Below, one piece after another: positions 29,084-32,000 of a stretch of 32,000 nt of DNA. Positions within the stretch are counted from its first letter, which is position 1; every line of letters begins with the position of its first letter. Source of the DNA: Halorhodospira halophila SL1 (GTDB taxonomy: Bacteria; Pseudomonadota; Gammaproteobacteria; Nitrococcales; Halorhodospiraceae); assembly GCF_000015585.1 (NCBI RefSeq), contig NC_008789.1, forward strand, positions 900,001-932,000. Direction: 5' to 3'. The notes beneath the pieces are model-generated. The model ran no database searches. It was given only the letters and a program-made list of their open reading frames with translations, and was not told the origin of the DNA. The position numbers and the translations under genes are program-made.

Positions 29084-31180
29084 TTACGACGCCTTCTTGA
29101 TCACTTCATCGGCGATGCTCGCCGGCGCCTCGTGATACTCCTCGAACTCCATCACGTAGGAGGCTCGCCCCTGGGTGTTGGAGCGCAGGTCCGTCGCGTA
29201 CCCGAACATCTCCTTCAGCGGCACCTGAGCACGGATCTGCTTGCCGTTGGGGATGTCTTCCATCTTCTGCACAGTGCCACGCCGACGGTTCAGGTCGCCA
29301 ACCACGTCGCCCATGTACTCCTCGGGCGTGACCACTTCGACCTTCATGACCGGCTCCAGGAGCACCGGATCGGCCTTCATGAAGCCCTCACGGAAGGCCA
29401 TGGAGCCGGCGATCTTGAACGCCATCTCCGAGGAGTCGACGTCGTGGTAGGAGCCGTCGTAGAGCTCGACGCCCACGTCGACCACCGGGTAACCGGCGAG
29501 GACGCCCTCCTCCATGACCTCGCGGCAGCCGTGGTCCACCGACGGGATGTACTCCTTGGGCACGACACCGCCGACGATCTTGCTCTCGAAGCTGTAGCCT
29601 TCGCCCCGCTCCTGCGGCTTCATGCGGATATGTACGTGGCCGTACTGCCCGCGGCCGCCGGACTGACGCACGAACTTGCCTTCCTGCTCGATCTGCTTGC
29701 GGATGGTCTCCCGGTAGGCCACCTGGGGCGCACCCACGTTGGCCTCGACCTTGAACTCCCGCTTGAGGCGATCGACGATGATGTCCAGGTGCAGCTCGCC
29801 CATGCCGGAGATGATGGTCTGCCCGGACTCCTCGTCGGTGCGCACGCGGAAGGACGGGTCCTCCTGCGCCAACCGCCCGAGGGCCTGACCCATCTTCTCC
29901 TGGTCACTGCGCGTCTTCGGCTCGACGGCGACCGCGATCACCGGCTCGGGGAACTCCATGCGCTCGAGGGTGACCTTGTTGCTCGGGTCGCACAGGGTGT
30001 CGCCGGTGGTGACATCCTTGAGGCCAACGGCTGCGGCGATGTCGCCGGCGCGGACCTCTTTGATCTCCTCACGCTGGTTGGAGTGCATCTGCAACAGACG
30101 GCCGATGCGCTCCTTCTTCCCCTTGACCGGGTTGAACACGGCGTCGCCGGAGCTGAGCACGCCGGAGTAGACGCGGAAGAACGTCAGGTTGCCGACGTAC
30201 GGGTCGTTGGCGATCTTGAACGCCAGCGCCGCGAAGGGCTGATCGTCGGTGGACTCGCGGGTGACCACGGTCTCTTCGTCGTCGAGCAGACCCTCGATGG
30301 CCGGGACCTCGTTGGGCGCCGGCAGGAACTCGATGACGGCATCGAGCAGCGTCTGCACGCCCTTGTTCTTGAACGCCGAGCCGCACATGCACAGCACGAT
30401 CTCGGTGTTCAGGGTGCGCTGACGCAGACCGCGCTTGATGTCGTCGTGGGAGAGCTCACCCTCGTTGAGGTACTTGTCCATGAGCTCTTCGTCCGCCTCG
30501 GCGGCAGCCTCGACCATCTCCTCGCGGGCGGCCTCGGCGTCGGCCTTGAGCTCCTCCGGGATCTCCGTCTCGGAGTAGGTCATGCCCTGCTCGTCGCGGT
30601 CCCAGTAGATGGCGGACATGCGCAGCAGGTCGATGACGCCCTGGAAGTTGTCTTCGGCGCCGATGGGCAGCTGGATCGGCACCGCCTGGGAGCCAAGCCG
30701 ATCGCGGATCTGGCCGACCACACGGGAGAAGTCCGCGCCCGCCCGGTCCATCTTGTTGACGAACGCGATCCGCGGCACGCCGTACTTGTTCGCCTGCCGC
30801 CAGACCGTCTCGGATTGGGGCTCGACGCCACCGACGGCACAGAACACGGCCACCGCGCCGTCGAGCACCCGCAGCGAACGCTCCACCTCGATGGTGAAGT
30901 CCACGTGACCCGGCGTGTCGATGATGTTGATCCGGGTCTCGGGGTACTGCTGGTCCATACCGCGCCAGAAGCACGTGGTCGCGGCGGACGTGATGGTGAT
31001 GCCACGCTCCTGCTCCTGGGACATCCAGTCCATGGTCGCCGCACCATCATGGGTCTCACCCATCTTGTGCGAGACACCGGTGTAAAACAGGATGCGCTCG
31101 GTGGTGGTGGTCTTGCCGGCATCGATATGTGCGGCGATGCCGATGTTCCGATAGCGCTCGATGGGTGTCTTGCGTGCCAC
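29084..31180 (-). CDS. fusA: elongation factor G
   Basis: (M)[30 protein letters not shown]... 698 aa. GTG start at 31180. Confidence 0.99.
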   Translation of the reverse strand: MARKTPIERYRNIGIAAHIDAGKTTTTERILFYTGVSHKMGETHDGAATMDWMSQEQERGITITSAATTCFWRGMDQQYPETRINIIDTPGHVDFTIEVERSLRVLDGAVAVFCAVGGVEPQSETVWRQANKYGVPRIAFVNKMDRAGADFSRVVGQIRDRLGSQAVPIQLPIGAEDNFQGVIDLLRMSAIYWDRDEQGMTYSETEIPEELKADAEAAREEMVEAAAEADEELMDKYLNEGELSHDDIKRGLRQRTLNTEIVLCMCGSAFKNKGVQTLLDAVIEFLPAPNEVPAIEGLLDDEETVVTRESTDDQPFAALAFKIANDPYVGNLTFFRVYSGVLSSGDAVFNPVKGKKERIGRLLQMHSNQREEIKEVRAGDIAAAVGLKDVTTGDTLCDPSNKVTLERMEFPEPVIAVAVEPKTRSDQEKMGQALGRLAQEDPSFRVRTDEESGQTIISGMGELHLDIIVDRLKREFKVEANVGAPQVAYRETIRKQIEQEGKFVRQSGGRGQYGHVHIRMKPQERGEGYSFESKIVGGVVPKEYIPSVDHGCREVMEEGVLAGYPVVDVGVELYDGSYHDVDSSEMAFKIAGSMAFREGFMKADPVLLEPVMKVEVVTPEEYMGDVVGDLNRRRGTVQKMEDIPNGKQIRAQVPLKEMFGYATDLRSNTQGRASYVMEFEEYHEAPASIADEVIKKAS

Positions 31181-31215
31181 GGTGGAATACCCCGTCTTGA
31201 AGCGTGTTTCTGCGT

Positions 31216-31695
<480 letters not shown>

Positions 31696-32000
31696 TTACT
31701 TCTTCTTCGGGCGCTTGGCGCCGTACTTGGAACGACCCTGCCGGCGCTTGTCGACACCCGCCGTATCCGCAGCACCGCGGACGACGTGGTAGCGCACACC
31801 AGGCAGGTCCTTGACACGCCCGCCACGAATGAGGACGACCGAGTGCTCCTGGAGGTTGTGTCCCTCACCACCGATGTAGGAGGCCACCTCGTAACTGTTG
31901 GTCAGACGCACACGCGCCACCTTACGCAGAGCGGAGTTCGGCTTCTTCGGCGTGGTGGTGTAGACGCGAGTGCATACGCCGCGCTTCTGAGGGCACGCCT
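31696..32000 (-). CDS. rpsL: 30S ribosomal protein S12, partial (5' end beyond the window)
   Basis: The frame stays open to the window edge. Hand translation of 31921-32000 gives ..[25 protein letters not shown], continuing into [12 protein letters not shown]...[16 protein letters not shown]. The ATG at 31920 in the track is internal. Confidence 0.96.
   Translation of the reverse strand, partial: ACPQKRGVCTRVYTTTPKKPNSALRKVARVRLTNSYEVASYIGGEGHNLQEHSVVLIRGGRVKDLPGVRYHVVRGAADTAGVDKRRQGRSKYGAKRPKKK

Overview
High-GC proteobacterial (most likely gammaproteobacterial) chromosomal window made almost entirely of core genes. From 32000 down to 14012 the minus strand carries one uninterrupted str-S10-spc-alpha translation supercluster: rpsL (partial), rpsG, fusA, tuf, rpsJ, rplC-D-W-B, rpsS, rplV, rpsC, rplP, rpmC, rpsQ, rplN-X-E, rpsN, rpsH, rplF, rplR, rpsE, rpmD, rplO, secY, rpmJ, rpsM-K-D, rpoA, rplQ. 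The same strand then carries seven tightly spaced non-ribosomal genes (14.0-7.45 kb): DUF62-type SAM hydrolase, malate dehydrogenase, an isocitrate/isopropylmalate-dehydrogenase-family enzyme, a beta-CASP MBL hydrolase, a GabT-like class III aminotransferase and a PmtA-like methyltransferase. The left 6.5 kb holds mrpF/mrpE, hemH, an ArsC/LMW-PTP-fold protein, an M48-TPR lipoprotein peptidase, prmB, an SCO-family protein and psd. I saw no rRNA, tRNA, CRISPR array, transposase or integrase, and I cannot support a complete novel multi-gene system. The one accessory-looking patch is 6.52-7.45 kb, between convergent psd and the PmtA-like gene. There a lone MNT/MntA-type nucleotidyltransferase, with no HEPN partner, is bracketed by two perfect inverted repeat blocks (30 + 43 bp), and the left block supplies the psd stop codon. 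The 3' portions of both flanking genes switch abruptly to a C3-depleted, G/T-ending codon style, arranged as a mirror image around the patch. This is the most unusual signal I can see directly. Smaller oddities are degenerate active-site motifs in the ArsC-like and SCO-like proteins, an 18-bp-stem hairpin overlapping a gene end, an rplQ terminator-like hairpin that sequesters the only plausible start codon of the next gene, and a 6-nt tuf-rpsJ junction combined with a 158-nt structured rpsJ-rplC spacer. Several track ORFs begin at GTG or TTG, and I trimmed starts by homolog length, Shine-Dalgarno context and neighbouring stop codons. All calls rest on reading the translations and the DNA by eye. 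No database search was run.
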